From assembly GCA_964270895.1 (NCBI GenBank), contig OZ185440.1: a DNA stretch of 64,000 nt. One strand, 5' to 3'. This document shows positions 13,404 to 26,049 of this stretch, one piece after another. The notes below the pieces were generated by a model. That model made no database searches. It was not told where the DNA came from and was given only the letters and a program-made list of their open reading frames with translations. How positions within the stretch are numbered: position 1 is the stretch's first letter; every line of letters starts with the position of its first letter. Position numbers and translations under genes: made by a program. Source of the DNA: Podarcis filfolensis. Its lineage: Eukaryota.

Positions 13404-15075
13404 TATATATCTATATATCTCTCTATATATATTCTAGTCAGCCCTGTGTGCTCAGACCAGGTTACAACACAGTTTCCCCGCAAATGAAAACACTTCTCTT
13501 CAAAAGAAAATAACAGACAGACTTTTAAAAAGCCAAACAATATCAATCAATATGTGAAGTTTGCCTTGGAAAGAAGGGAAGATTGTGCGTTTGTTTGCTA
13601 TTATGCTACAGTAAGTGACTCTTAATCTTCTTCATAACTGCAAAAATCACTGGACTTGTTGGGGATGCACCGCAAACTGTGCTCAGGATAGGAAGGCAAT
13701 GAGCAGGTGCCGAAGAAAAAGCAGCCCAGCAACACTGTTTTTAACCTGCCTTTCCCCCTTTTCTCATCAGGAAACTGTGGTTGCTTCCAGACAACCTCTT
13801 TGTCTGTGGGGAGATCAGACAACACCAGCTATTTATCAAGTATTCATTCTGATTTGTTGGTGAGGATGTTAGATGATAAACTTTCCAAAGCGTTTTCCTG
13901 TCTCTTTTCTGTTTGGTGGGGGGGGGCAGGTTTGTACAAAAGCTGAAAATCGACTTTAATTGTGCAAACCTAAATTTCCTGGTATGTGAATGAATCCCAC
14001 CCCGAAATAATGACTGCTTGAAAAAGCACCCCTTATGGCTTGCTGCACATTTCCTCACCCATTGCCTCCTGCGCATGCCTCCCCTTCGAATTACCTCCAG
14101 AGCATTGTGCAGGAGAGTGGAGATCAGTCATCTTGAAGCAATGTCTTCATTCCTCCCAACTCATAAACACTTTGGTTGGTTTTCCAATAAATAAAATATA
14201 GCTGCAGGGGGGAAGAAATCTTTGAAGAAGAAACATAACTCAGCAGCTGTTATCAGCGTACCATAGACCAAAGTATCACAGGACAAGCCATCTGTTTCAC
14301 TGAAGAACAAAAAGGTAAGACTCAAAAAGACCCCAAGACGGAAACTGATTCTTCTGGTACAGTTCAATATTTCTCTTTTTGCCTTGATGTCTGTAAAAAG
14401 GTCATCATTCAGCTTCAGGCTTAACAGTTTCCCAAAATTACTTTAAGACATACTGCGCCAGTATTTTGAGGTAAAATATTTAGGACTATAGCTTAAGTTA
14501 TGAATCAGGCAATGCATTAGCTTTCTTCTGGAAATACCTTTGTGATTCCCATGCATTTGCAGATCATCAAAACAGTACAGCAAAAGCCGATGACATGATC
14601 TCCCTGGCCTAGGCTTACTTACCTCTTCCTTCCTTCAGATGCTCAGCTGGCTATGACAAGGCCTTTTTAGCAGTGGCACCAAGAATTCTGTATCATCTTT
14701 TTAAAATTGTTGCAAGTTGCCTTGGAGGGATTGAACAGTGGGGAACATTTTTTCAGCACATAAACCAAGGAGTTCTTCCTCATGTACCAACTGGGCTACA
14801 TTTGCTTTTTATCAGCTTTCCCTTTATTTTCCTCTTCTCCCCCCCCCCTTTGTTTTTCTCTTATTGCTCCACATCTGGCATGATAGATCCTCCATGAGTC
14901 CCTATTTTCTAGGGACATCCCTGATTTAGAGAAGCCGTCCTGGTTTCTGATTTGATCCTGGAATGTCCCACTTTCCCTATTTTCACTGGAGAAATGTTGG
15001 AGGGCATGGATTTTTCCGAGCCCCAAGCCATCTGAAGTCAATCCTATATTGGGAAGGTTTTATTATGTTTAATGT

Positions 15076-15076
<1 letters not shown>

Positions 15077-15119
<43 letters not shown>

Positions 15120-15471
15120 TTATTTATTATTCTTTATACCCTGCCCATCTGGCTGGGTCTCCCCAGCCACTCTGGGTGGCTTCCAACAAAGTATTAAAAT
15201 ACAGTAGTCTGTTAAACATTAAAAGCTTCCCTAAAGAGGGCTGCCTTCTGATGTCTTCTAAAAGTCTGGTAGTTGTTCTTCTCTTTGACATCTGGTAGGA
15301 TGACATTCCACAGGGTGGGCACCACTACCAAGAAGGCCCTCTGCCTGGTTCCCTTTAACTTGGCTTCTCGCAGTGAAGGAACCGCCAGAAGGCCCTCGGC
15401 GCTGGACCTCAGTGTCCGGGCAGAACGATGGGGGTGGAGATGCTCCTTCAGGTATACTGGACTGAGGCCGT
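15077..15471 (-). mobile_element. L2-clade LINE 3' fragment plus (AAT)n
   Basis: ORF 15212-15619 contains GLSPVYLKEHLHPHRSARTLRSSAEGLL...RQRAFLVVVPTLWNV..., typical of the L2 ORF2 C-terminus; (AAT)n at 15077-15119. Confidence 0.85.
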
Positions 15472-15472
15472 T

Positions 15473-15550
15473 TGTTTTCATATATGTTGGAAGCTGTCCA
15501 GAGTGGCTGGGGCGACCCAGTAAGATGTGTGGGGTATAAATAGTAAAATT
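15473..15550 (+). mobile_element. L2 3'-end stub, inverted relative to the adjacent copy
   Basis: ggaagctgtccagagtggctggggcgacccagtaagatgtgtggggtataaa is the reverse complement of about 15133-15184. Confidence 0.75.
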
Positions 15551-17968
15551 ATCCTTATGGAATGGGATGTCCCTTTTTTTCATTGGAGAAATGTTGGAGG
15601 TTATGGCATGAGTATGCAATACTATGAAATCCCAGCATTTAATACCTTTCTTGAGAAATTGTAACAGATCCCCCCCCCTTAAATCTGGAAAGGCTGTCTT
15701 GAAGAAAATGTGAGGACTGCTGCTTCTTTCTAGCCAAATTTTCTTGAGTTTTGATTTCTATGTCAAAACATGCATGGAGAGAACCTTTTTTTTGAACAAC
15801 ATATCTCTTCCTAGAGCCTTAAAAACCATTCATAGGGGCAGCAGATCTTTGGCACAGGTTTGACAAACACTAAGACAAAGCAGATAGACAAAATGTTGAG
15901 CAGGAGGAGTTGAAAGATTACTGGGAAGTTGAGCGGGGGAATCAGTGAGCTTTCAACTAAAAACAAAGCATTGAAACAAAAAAAAAGTTGCTGTTTTGTC
16001 TCAGCTCTGTGTATTTCATTTGGTACCACCTTTCTTTATATATCCACCATCTGTCTCTAACTGCATTCCCCTTCTCTCTGGGGAGGAGATAATCAGGCTT
16101 GAGGATACTGGGATGGTGGTCATGGCAGAAAATATGGATAGGGTGGAATGCACGCCCAGGGCTGCTGGCTGTGTAGGTGCCAGAAGAGCCACAGGGTGAC
16201 TGATTTAATTACTGAATGTTTGGAAACAATGCAGAATGTGACAGAAGGAGTGCATCTGCCAAACCGAGCAGAGTATTGATCTCTCAAACTGCATTTCATT
16301 TGGGTTGAAAAACAATATGTCTCGCATTGGCTTTGAAACCGGAATGAGCAACCATGAGCCATAGCAACCCACAGCTTCTGAAATCTCAAAGCAACTAACT
16401 TGCACTCAGCAGGGAACGGTGTAACAACCAAAGGGGAAAAGTGCAAGGATGTGGGGTGATGTAAAGAAATAGCACTGATAAGCTGATTGTAGCAGAAGTT
16501 GCTCAGCATCACAAACTCCCTGGGCTTGTCCTACCTGGCCTGTTCACTTTGGGAGGCAGAGCAGCAGGCACAGTGCTCCCAGCACAAACCAGAGTATGTG
16601 GAAGCTACAGTAGCTGATCAGAACACATGGTATGAATGCAATCGACCACATGGACAAATGGTGATGTGGTGTAGACCTAAAAATATGCTGTAACTGACAA
16701 TAGGCTCATCCCTTGTCCTTTGTCTTCTTCCGTTTGTCCTTTGCTTTCTACGCATGACGTAACACAAAATGAGAGAAACAACCATCCTTTACAACCTTAA
16801 ATTTATCATGAGAAGTCAGCTATGTCCTGTATGTCATGGTTATGGAGATCACACAACACTGACATTGTTGCTGCTGCTGTCTAATAACAGGGAACATTCC
16901 TCAGAACCAGGAAAATATACTAGACACACCACTCTCATTTCACAGAAGCTGCTTAGAAGGTACCTGCACATTTTGTGTCATTGCTTCCTTTCTAGGAGGA
17001 CTAGAGACTTACTTGATAATAAGCTCAGTGCCTGGAGAACGTGCCATGGGGCACCACTAGAAGCCTTCATGGGTACTGGGTTGCAGGCCCCTGGCTAAGC
17101 ATTATGTGCAAAGTCAGCCAATAAGTTCTGTGTGTATGAACAGCTCATCACCTATGAGGAAACCTCATTGATGGACCTCAGAAGACTTTAAAATCCTGCC
17201 TTCAAACCCAAACTCCTAAGTATGTTAAACTAAAACCAATTTAATAGAAGTGTTTGCTTGTTGAGCCATTATCAAAGTGCGGTTATTCCTGACTGAAGCC
17301 TTATTCAAATGTATTGGATATGTTCAGGACATGTCAGGACTATTGAAATATTTACATTGGTAATGAAGCTGATTGGTATGCAAACTCAGATTTAATATAG
17401 TTGAATATAGTACCTTCTCTTTGCTGCTTTTCATCATTTTCTTGCAGCTTTTCTCTAGACAAGTCAAGACCACGAGAGAATAGGGGCTGAAATCCCAAAC
17501 CCTGACCTTGTGAACAAAGCAACAAAGGTTTATAGTATGCCACTTTGGGGGAGCAATGAAGTCAACTTGTCTATCTGCACTACAACTGACTCTAATATTG
17601 AAATAATACTAGCCCAGAGAGATAAAGTTTTTGGTGTGGTGCACCACAGCTGTTGGGTTTAACAGTCCTAACACATTCTGCGGGGCATATGTGCAAGCAT
17701 ATGCCTGTGTAGGTGAGGCAGCTTTTGAAGCAGATGTTCTCTTAAGATGAGGCTTATCACATGGGAAACATTTTGTGCCATCACAGAAGTGATCCTCCAA
17801 AATAGGGTATTTTCATAGTGTAGATAGCTGTATATGTCAGACCTCATTCACAAACATCACTAAGTAGCAAACACAAAGCAATGTTAGATTCAGGCATTTT
17901 TCAAAAGAGAGTGCTGAAAAGTCTGGTTTCTCTAATGCTTAAAAAAGAGTGCATATTCCTGTAATAGA

Positions 17969-18268
17969 GGGATTATCCACACTTATCTTTCCTCCGTACT
18001 TTCCAGGTGCAGTCCGCACTTTAAAACTCTGTGTTTGAGCACCCCCCACTTCAGAGCTTTCCTTGTGAAAACCTGCTCCTTAAAACTGAATTGGAGAAAA
18101 CAGCAATCTGCAGAAAACCTGAATTGCCATTTGCTCCAATTCAGCTTTAAAAAGCAGGTTTTCATAGGGAAAGCTCCAGAGCCAGGAGGATGATGCTTGG
18201 ACACAGAGCTTTAGAGCATGGACCTCTGCCTGGAAAGAGTGGGGCAAAATGTAAGTGTGGATAAGCCC
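17969..18268. mobile_element. 300-bp foldback (long hairpin) element, Harbinger-like TIRs
   Basis: gggattatccacactt ... aagtgtggataagccc; the arms pair along most of their length (checked by eye in four blocks) around a loop of about 15 nt. Confidence 0.75.
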
Positions 18269-19378
18269 TTGCTGGAATCTGGCTTCTTTGTACCACATTT
18301 AAACCCAGAGCCTATTTAAAACCATATAAATATGCAAACTGGTCTGCAGTTCATGTCGGTGCTTTCTGGACATTGCTTACTGTCCCGTTGCTACTTTGAG
18401 TTTGGACAGTTCAAGGAATGTTCCTGCTGAATCCATTCAAACTCACTTTTTAGGAAAGCGTGCCGACTTCTGGCTTAAGGCCCCTGTTTGTCTTTTTCCA
18501 ACAAGCATTTGAAAGCCCCTCAATGCAGCAGTGGGATAATAAACAGTTGTTCAAGAGAGAATATTGGAAGAAACTACAGCTCAGTCAACATATTAAAATG
18601 GATTTTTAATGGCCGCCGGGTTTAAATTTGGCACAAAGAAGACAATAAAACACAAATACAGGGATGGGTGCTCCTTGTCAAGTGTTACAGACTCTAGACA
18701 TTAAGCCCTCCATCAGGGAAAATCACCAGATTCTAGCATCCATTAGTATCAGCTACCCTGGAATTATTATGTTTCTTTTGAATAAGGCAATAAAGCTGAG
18801 AAATTAGATCCTTTTTTTTTGTGAAGTGGAAAGCACTCTTTTAAAATAATGTTGGCACTCTGTGTATGTCAAGCTGCTAATTACCGACATGGCCACAAGT
18901 GAAAATCCTGTGTTTATGGGAGTGATGCCTCCAGCAGTTTATTTTGCAAAGAAGCATCTTTAATTAGGCCTGAGTACCACTTGATTCATTTTATTTGTCT
19001 AGCCTGCTGAAGCGAAATGGATGCTAGACTGGATGAACCCAGGTGCTCCAGCAAAATAAAACACTGGCAAAATGATGTTAACTGAGATAGGCTTCACAAA
19101 CCACTTTTATGCCTCCCCTCTCCACACTGCTCACCAAGAAGGGGAAACCAGTGGCCCTCCAAGCCTCTATGTCTGGCCCTAGGATTCATACTGTGCTTTT
19201 GCCTGGCTAGTATGTCCTTTTGAACTGTGTTAAGGATTCTTGCATCCTTGCTCTACCCTTAGGGTAACACATGAATAGGGCTAGTGGTGGCAGCCAATTT
19301 CCAGAATTAAAGACCGACTGACAACACATGTGTCTGTCTGCTCAGAACTAGGTCCTATTTTCAATGGGTCTACTAACT

Positions 19379-19597
19379 TCGAAAGCACGTCAAAGTGCAA
19401 GTAGATAAATAGGTACCGCTCCGGGGGGAAGGTAAACGGCGTTTCCGTGTGCTGCTCTGGTTTGCCAGAAGCAGCTTAGTCATGCTGGCCACATGACCCG
19501 GAAGCTGTACGCCGGCTCCCTCGGCCACTAAAGCGAGATGAGCGCCACAACCCCAGAGTCGGTCACAACTGGACCTAATGGTCAGGGGTCCCTTTAC
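19379..19597 (+). mobile_element. 5'-truncated Sauria SINE
   Basis: Core and cctttacc tail; exact 9-bp TSD CTACTAACT at 19370-19378 and 19598-19606. Confidence 0.9.
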
Positions 19598-20779
19598 CTA
19601 CTAACTACTGCGTGAATGGATATAGGATTGCAGTCTCAGTTTTTCCTTCACTCTTCCCCCTGGTGTATGTTAACTCATCTGTTCAGGGCTTGTAATCTTT
19701 CTGCTTGGGATAACCCAACTATCCCAAGCTCACCATACACCAGTGTGGTCATTTCTGTATGTTGCAGAATACTAAGGTCTAACTAAGGCTGGTCTTCTAG
19801 TTTCTGAGATTTTTGGCTGATACATGTGAAACACTTGCAATTCAAGTATTCTTAAAATCAGGGGCAAATTAGCTTGAATGGCTTTTTATCCCACTTGATT
19901 CTACGGAAACACATCCAACCACATTCTTTCCAACAAGCACCAGGCACTCCAACGTTAGTAAATGCAAGGACTCCCTAACTGCTTTCCTTGTATTGTGAAG
20001 TTATTCAGCTGCAAATTGACATTCCATAGCAGTCATTCAATTGCCTTCCTATAGCTGTAATTATCTCATAGGTTGTCACTGGTTGCTTATTTGCCGTCTG
20101 CTGTAATTACCTAATAGACACTCGTGAAAGTGGAGTTATTACAGATGGGGAAAGAGGGCTGCCAGCTGCTGCCCCAGAGAGGGGGTCTGTTGCTTTTAAC
20201 AAATCTGGAACCGACACAATGTGCAGCAGCTGCTTCTAGAATTCACGGAGAGCTCAGTTGCTCCAGTTGCTGGTCTCCCATTTAACCCTAGCTACAGCCA
20301 TTGTCTTTCCCTTCAAAGCTGAATGCTCAAAGTGGGTGAGGCTTGTTTCAGAAGCCAAGTCAAATGCCACTGAGGTCTCCCAGTCACCAGTGTTTCCATC
20401 CATATAATAGCAGATACCTGGAGAGCTTTTCACTTGGACCCTTCTTATGGGTGGGTTCTTCTGCTTCAGAAGCTTCTAGTTTTCCTGATGCATCTTCCTT
20501 TTGCTTGGGCAATCCCACTTTCAGTGAGCTTTTCTTCCACATTGTCTACAAATGGCATTTGGTCCCAGATTCCCTTGGGGGAGTTTCTCCTCCTCCTCTA
20601 AGACTTGATTGATTGATTGTATCCAAGCCTTTGCCAGCTGCTGAGCCAACCCTGTGGAAAGTTGTACCTGGAAGACTACTGCTGTCATAAAATAGCCCTG
20701 CTAGAGCTGGGAATTTTAGGGAAACACTCATCTCTGCTTTAGCATTCTGTACTCTAAATTTAACATTGCTTTATGTAAA

Positions 20780-21000
20780 ATGGCAACCAGGAGAACATTT
20801 TCTGTTGTGGCATCCTTATTATGGAACCACCTCACCACTGGCACCAACATTGGTGACATTTTCATGCTTATTAAAAGTGCACTTATGCGCCGAGGCTTGT
20901 ATTGGTGCTTAATTCCAGTAAATTATGTTAATTTTGAACCCTACTTGGTTTATCAGCTGCATTTTATTTTTTATTCTGATTTTTAAGTTTTAACATGGTT
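20780..21000 (+). mobile_element. Old L2 3' remnant
   Basis: aaccaggagaacattttctgttgtggcatccttattatggaacc reads RRTFSVVASLLWN (L2 C-terminal motif), followed by T-rich 3'UTR-like sequence. Confidence 0.55.
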
Positions 21001-22529
21001 TTATGAATTTCTTGAGACTCACCATCTTGAGACTTAAGTCCTGTGGGGGAGGAGGGCCTGTGGTTCTCCAGATGTTCTTCCAGCAGCCCCAAGCAGCATG
21101 GCCAATGATCAGGGATGATAGGCACAGTGTCCCCATCCATGATGTAAGTCAAGTTCTCCTCATTTCTGTACTGGTACTTACATAGGTAAACATGGAAGCC
21201 TGCTGTCCCTAGTAGGTAGTATAGACATTAGTTGCTAGAGATCTCCCTTACAGCAGACACTTTGCCCTTCTTCACCTTTTGCATGCTCTCTTGCTCTCTC
21301 TGATGGCAAAGCTTTTCTCTGATGAGTGACAATGGTGCACTCAACAGACAGGGACAAGCAGGACAGGGAAATCCAACCATCACTATTTTTAGTGGGTGAA
21401 TAAGGAGGAAGTCACTACAGGCAGAGGGAGGCTTGATCATATGCACTCCATGTAAAAGAGGGTAACGTGAATCATTTTAAGAATTTAAAGTGATTAAATC
21501 ATTTAGATTTGTAACTTTTCTTGATGTTTTTATTTACAAGGACTAGGGTGGCAGATGGCATGGTAGAAACTGAATTGAGGAAAGGGAAGGTAGAAAGACT
21601 GGGAATCAGAAAATAGTATCCAAAAGTTACAGCAGAAGACAGAAAAATTATAGTGAAGTTCCTCCATCTCCTAAACACGTTTTGTGATTTTAGCAGCTAT
21701 GAACAGTGACCAAATGGTTTTTTATTGGATTTCCATTCTATATTTAACTTTAGTGAGCTTCCCTGATATGTGCATATTGAAGGGCAGGGGGGAAATCTAG
21801 TAAAATAAAATAAGTGAATGGCAATCAATTTTCAGAGAATGCACATAATTTTCTTCAGTGCTTCATTGAACCAGAGTGAAATACTTTGATCACCCGAACT
21901 GTTAAACCGCCTGTTATAGCCTCTGCCTGTTTCCCAAGAGTCCGCCATTCCAACTCAGTTAAAGGAGATCATCCTTCTCTGAGTGTATCAAAAACAGGCA
22001 AACACACACATTTCTGATCCTTTAAAACCCAGTGCTTTGTTATACTGAGACTTTTCAATAATGTATGAAAAGAAAACCATTTCATGGATAATAAAGCAGG
22101 ACTGGCAAGGAAAAAAACCTCCACAAAAAAAATCTTTGAGCTGAGCAACTCACTGTGAAAGGAGAATCAATGTAGCGTTGACAAACCTCTCAGGCCTGCA
22201 TTGATCCAGGCCCAAATCTCTCTCTAGCGCTTAGAGGAAATAACACTCCAGATTAAGAAAGGGTTTTTTCCCTTTTGTTGTAGATTTTAGGAAGTTGCCT
22301 TCCTCTCCCAGAGGAAGACTCTAGGGAGGACTCAGACTGTGTTGCAGGGCAGAAACTGGGTTACTAGATGTTCTGCTTTAGAGAGGCTAATTTGCAGGCC
22401 AGGTGTTGTTTTTTTTGTGCACTTTAGGGGCTTTGTTGTATATGCTCCAACTACCCTGCAAATGCCGGGATCGTCAGGAAAACAGCTTCTCACTTTTTCA
22501 AACAGTGTCCTGAATTGCCAAGGGGCCTT

Positions 22530-22708
22530 CTCTTCCTGTTTGTTGCTATTATTGGTTTCTACTGATTTATTGGTTTGCTTGTATGGGATATTTTGTTTTT
22601 TTTAATGTTTGTTGTGTTTTTATATATGCTGTAAGTCACCCAGAGTGGCTGGGGAAACCCAGCCAGATCGGTGGGATATAAATTGTTGTTGTTGTTGTTG
22701 TTGTTGTT
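22530..22708 (+). mobile_element. L2 3'-end fragment with (TTG)n tail
   Basis: gtcacccagagtggctggggaaacccagccagatcggtgggatataaa followed by (TTG)n. Confidence 0.75.
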
Positions 22709-23852
22709 CAGTACAGCGTTTCAACGTGTTTCTGGAAATTCAGTATGTGTCCCTTTAACACATTTCTTAGATCTATATCCCCTCGCTCCCTTCCCCCACT
22801 CAAAATGGCGTCACTTCCTGTTTTACATATGCAAGCTCCAGGTCACTTGAATGCCCCTAAAAAAAGTTTTCCACTGTTCCCCCACTCCTTGGTCAGTCTG
22901 TCTCCCAAAAAGAAAGTGGAGAGTGGGAGAGCGAAGGGGGAGTGGCCTGTCCACCCATGGCTTCAAAGAGCACTGAGGGGTCATGGGCGCTGAAGAGAAG
23001 CTCATTTGGCTCCAGCTTGCTTCATTGCACCACTGCATCTGGGTCCCTGGGTCCCAGCCTCTGAGGTGGTGGCACAGCAGTGGCAGCAGGGACGGAAGGA
23101 GACTGATATAGAATATGTCCCTATTTTCATCTGAAGAATGTGTGTGACTGAGGTGACCATGAGAGACTCTACTTCAATGCTGGGGGCCAACTCTGCAGTC
23201 CTTCAGTCTTCTTTATCTGGCCCTCAGGACTTTCCCCCTCAAGTCTCATCCCTCCCTGGACCTGCTCTGCCCCCTCAGGTGTTTTTTGCTTGGCCGAAAG
23301 CCTTGACCTGTGATAATGCCTCTTGCTTGCCCAAATGAAGAAGTGGAAGTGGGGGCGAAGGAGCCCCTGGTTTTTGTGTGCCTGGAATGTAGCGTACTGT
23401 ACCAAAACCACCTCTATTGCCTCCTGCACTTTTGTCTCTGGTCCCTCAGAAGGATATCCATGACCGAACGCACCCTGAGGCCGAAAAGAAACCAAGTTAT
23501 GTTGCTTGCCCTGCCACACAAGCAGCTTGTCAAATTAGAAGCAGAGAGCTGCTAAAGAGAGATCATTAAGTGAAGATATTAGTATGCAGCGTGTCTTCAG
23601 TATACTACAAACTCTCACAGTTGAAGTCTTGCAGTTTAACAGTTTGGAGTTAATTATGCATTGCATGCGAACATGTGAAATGAAATCTCAGCTGCCTGCT
23701 TCCTCACTGCAAAGCAGTTGGGGGGCAATTGCAAGGGAGTAGTCATGGGAACCAGAGCAGTGGGAACTTCCAACCAAGTTCAGGTTGTCATGCAAGACTC
23801 CTTTGTAGGGATATACTTGACCCCATGGCTATGGACAAAGCCCACATTTAAA

Positions 23853-24015
23853 CAGGGCTGCCATACATCCGGATTTCCCCAAACATTCCCGGGATTTCAA
23901 AGGCGGAATTGATGTCCAGGAGGAATTTCCAAAAGGTGGCACTTTGTCCTGGATCTTAGACAAGAAATTGTGGGGTGGGGTTTTTGGGGGGCTTTTTTGA
24001 AATATGGCAACCCTA
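23853..24015. mobile_element. MITE with AGGG(C/T)TGCCATA terminal inverted repeats
   Basis: cagggctgccata ... tatggcaacccta, with ATTTAAA on both sides (23846-23852, 24016-24022). Confidence 0.7.
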
Positions 24016-24891
24016 ATTTAAAGCACGCACCCCACTCCCGACCCAAAAATCATGCGAACTGTAGTTTACCCTTCACATAACTGCAATTCCCAGCACTCTT
24101 AACAAACTACAGCTCCTACAATCAGGGGTGGGGAGTGTGCTTCAAATGCATTGTGTGTACCCAGCCCCAAACAGTTTCAACACATGTTGCCTGCAAAGGT
24201 ATGTAGTGCGGGGGCAGCCAATGTCGTTGGACCCCTGCTTCCATCTTCCCCAGCTAGCTGCAGACACAGGTTCTCCACCCCTGTCATAGTATGTCTGTTT
24301 TAGTTCCACACAGTACTCACAACCTACCACAGGCATAGTCTAGGGATGGGCATTTACACGTCACTGAAAAAGAGGACAGGAGAGGACACTAATTTGGATA
24401 AGCTGCTTGATTGCAAGTATATATGTATAGATGCAATTTTCTAAATTATTACAATTTAAATAAAAATGCATCTTGCAACTATTACTATTACTATTAATAT
24501 ATACCCCACCATTTCCCCTGATGGGACCCTGTCCTTGTGAGGAAGACCTTGGTCAGGTGCCTGGGTGCCTGCTCATCCTGCTGTCCAGGTGCTAACTTCA
24601 AGAATCCTGCTCTTCCTACTTCTACCTTTAAACCAGACTTGGATCTGGCAGGCCTTCAAAAACAACCCTGTCCTCTGCAATGTAGGACACGTGGTCACCT
24701 TGCCTATCAAGTAAAAAAGAACTGGGCACCCCCAATCAGTGTCACCCAACTGGAACAATACTGGGGAGCGGGAAAACAGGCTACCAGAGAACGCAATGCA
24801 TTGAGGTTTTGTAGCCATTGCTTATTATTTCAGGTTCACTTCTTTGCAGGTCACTCGTTCTTTTCAGTATCTACACTATTAAGAAACAAGT

Positions 24892-25038
24892 GACAGCTCA
24901 CTTCAGTAGAGCACGAGACTCTTAATCTCAAGGTTATGAGTTTGAGCCCCATGTTGAGTTAAAGATTCTTGCATTGCAGAGGGGTGGACTAGATGACCCT
25001 TGTGCCCCTTGCAACTCTACAAGTCTGTGATTCTGTGA
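24892..25038 (+). mobile_element. tRNA-Lys-derived SINE with CR1-type tail, more diverged copy
   Basis: agtagagcacgagactcttaatctcaaggtt...ggactagatgaccc...caactctacaagtctgtgattctgtga. Confidence 0.8.
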
Positions 25039-25676
25039 AAGCCACAGCTCATATGCAAGCCTGTTCCTCTCCCCTTCTATCCAATTCCATAGAGACGAGA
25101 TTTAGCACTGTTGTATCTTTTAAAGAGACTTGCAGTGTATTGCACTCAAGTTAAAATGAGAGTAGTGACTCAAATTTCCCTGATGGTACATAAAAGCCCC
25201 TAGAGAAGCCAGAAATCACGAGACTTGTCATTAAAATGTCAAGGACCCAACATTCACTTTTCTCAAAGGGTATAAAGCTTTGGAATGTTGTGGGAAAGTG
25301 CTGGGTACATGGCAATATTCAGCTTTAAGCATCTCTCTCATCATGTCAGGAGGGATCATCAATATGGAATTTTTAGGAACATGCAAATGAGCAAGGTATT
25401 TGATTCCCAGTGGCTTCTTTTCGCAGATCTTTCACAGACCTGCTTTGATAGTTTGCCAGCATGCTCAGCAGGAATTACTTCCAAAAGCAGTCCACCTATG
25501 TTACAAACATCCTCCCATACCATCATCTTTATAATCTTGACAATAGATTGAAGACACATTGCAATAATTACGTGTGTCATTTATATTTTTGGAAGGGGGG
25601 GGATTTTGTTCCGCTTTCTTGATTACTGAGATTTTCTGCTCCCCACCAAATCCGCAAGCATTGGGTGTACACACAT

Positions 25677-26049
25677 GGGTGGCGCTGTGGTCTAAACCAC
25701 TGAGACTCTTGGGCTTGCCGATCAGAAGCTCAGCAGTTCAAATCCCCACAATGGGGTGAGGTCCCATTGCTCCTTCCCAGCTCCTGCCAATCTAGCAGTT
25801 CAAAAGCACGCCAGTGCAAGTAGATAAATAGGTACTGCTGCAGTGGGAAGGTAAACAGTGTTTCCGTGCGCTCTGGTTTCCGTCGCGGTGTCCCGTTGCA
25901 CCAGGAGCGGTTCAGTCATGCTGGCCACATGACCCGGAAAACTGTCTGCGGACAAACGCCAGTTCCCTCGGTCTGAAAGTGAGATGAGAGCCTCAACCCC
26001 ATAGTCACCTTTGGCTGGACTTAACCGTCCAGGGGTCCTTTTTACCTTT
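25677..26049 (+). mobile_element. Full-length Sauria SINE, different subfamily
   Basis: gggtggcgctgtggtctaaaccactgag head, distinct interior (ctggtttccgtcgcggtgtccc), tttaccttt tail; CACATGGGTG repeated at 25672-25681 and 26051-26060. Confidence 0.9.

Noticed and set aside
15212-15619. 135-aa ORF as a gene
   Set aside because: It is an L2 ORF2 C-terminal remnant fused to unrelated sequence.
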